IMG/VR virus record: IMGVR_UViG_3300045988_003444
Coordinates: 1 to 5,032 of that record
Strand: one strand, 5' to 3'
DNA length: 5,032 nt
Source: a virus
Positions 4,884 through 5,032 of the stretch are shown in pieces. Within the stretch, counting starts at the first letter, position 1. Each line of letters opens with the position of its first letter. The position numbers and the translations under genes are program-made. The notes beneath the pieces are model-generated. The model saw nothing but the letters and a program-made list of their open reading frames with translations. It searched no databases and was not told where the DNA came from.

Positions 4884-5032
4884 TTATTTGAGAATATAAC
4901 CAATACCGCGAAGAATGTGACCAAGACCTGAATTACCAACGCCTAACGAGTCATAGAAATCAGCTTCCTGCTTCGAAAGACGAGCATTCTGGGCAGCGAA
5001 GCCTGCGGCAGAATTAGACTGATTAGCTGAAG
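4884..5032 (-). CDS. VP2: VP2 C-terminal part (4978..5032 duplicates 1..55). The full circular gene is 593..1 joined to 4977..4884: 687 nt, 228 aa.
   Basis: In-frame continuation ...AAQNARLSKQEADFYDSLGVGNSGLGHILRGIGYILK, ending at TAA 4886..4884. The next gene's Shine-Dalgarno sequence overlaps this stop codon. Confidence 0.85.
   Translation of the reverse strand, partial: SANQSNSAAGFAAQNARLSKQEADFYDSLGVGNSGLGHILRGIGYILK
4978..5032. repeat. Second copy of the 55-nt terminal overlap (redundant with 1..55).
   Basis: Exact 55/55 identity with 1..55. An overlap of 55 nt is consistent with an assembler k-mer overlap on a circular contig (inference). Confidence 0.95.

Noticed and set aside
1-5032. 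A search for tRNA, rRNA, CRISPR repeats, integrase or attachment sites, and IS-like terminal inverted repeats.
   Set aside because: I saw no cloverleaf-like segments, no spaced direct-repeat arrays, and no recombinase-like ORFs. The only long repeat is the assembly overlap.

Overview
The window is a complete, circularly permuted genome of a Gokushovirinae-like microvirus (Microviridae, small ssDNA phage). The first 55 nt (1..55) are identical to the last 55 nt (4978..5032), so the unit genome is 4977 nt. The contig was linearised inside the VP2 gene, and the VP2 reading frame closes in frame across the junction. All credible genes lie on the minus strand, which is therefore the mRNA-sense and packaged strand. 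Reading that strand from high to low coordinates, the order is: VP4 replication initiator (HUH endonuclease), an 80-aa hypothetical protein, an ORF5/VP5-like small protein, VP3 internal scaffold, VP1 major capsid, VP2 pilot protein (wraps the junction), a 79-aa protein with an N-terminal transmembrane helix, and a 36-aa arginine-rich J/ORF8-like DNA-binding protein. The last gene was not in the ORF track; I found it by hand. Regulatory signals seen directly are a consensus sigma70-type promoter (TTGACA-17-TACAAT) upstream of VP4, a strand-specific intrinsic terminator after the ORF5-like gene, and two hairpins between VP3 and VP1. The main points for follow-up are these. (1) The ORF5-like gene carries an in-frame TAA that sits exactly in the loop of a perfect hairpin. 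(2) The small transmembrane protein is a candidate single-gene lysis factor, in a subfamily with no established lysis gene. (3) Several ATGA stop/start junctions link same-strand hydrophobic ORFs that overlap known genes. (4) There is a phiX174-origin-like sequence next to the terminator. No tRNA, rRNA, CRISPR array or transposable element was found.
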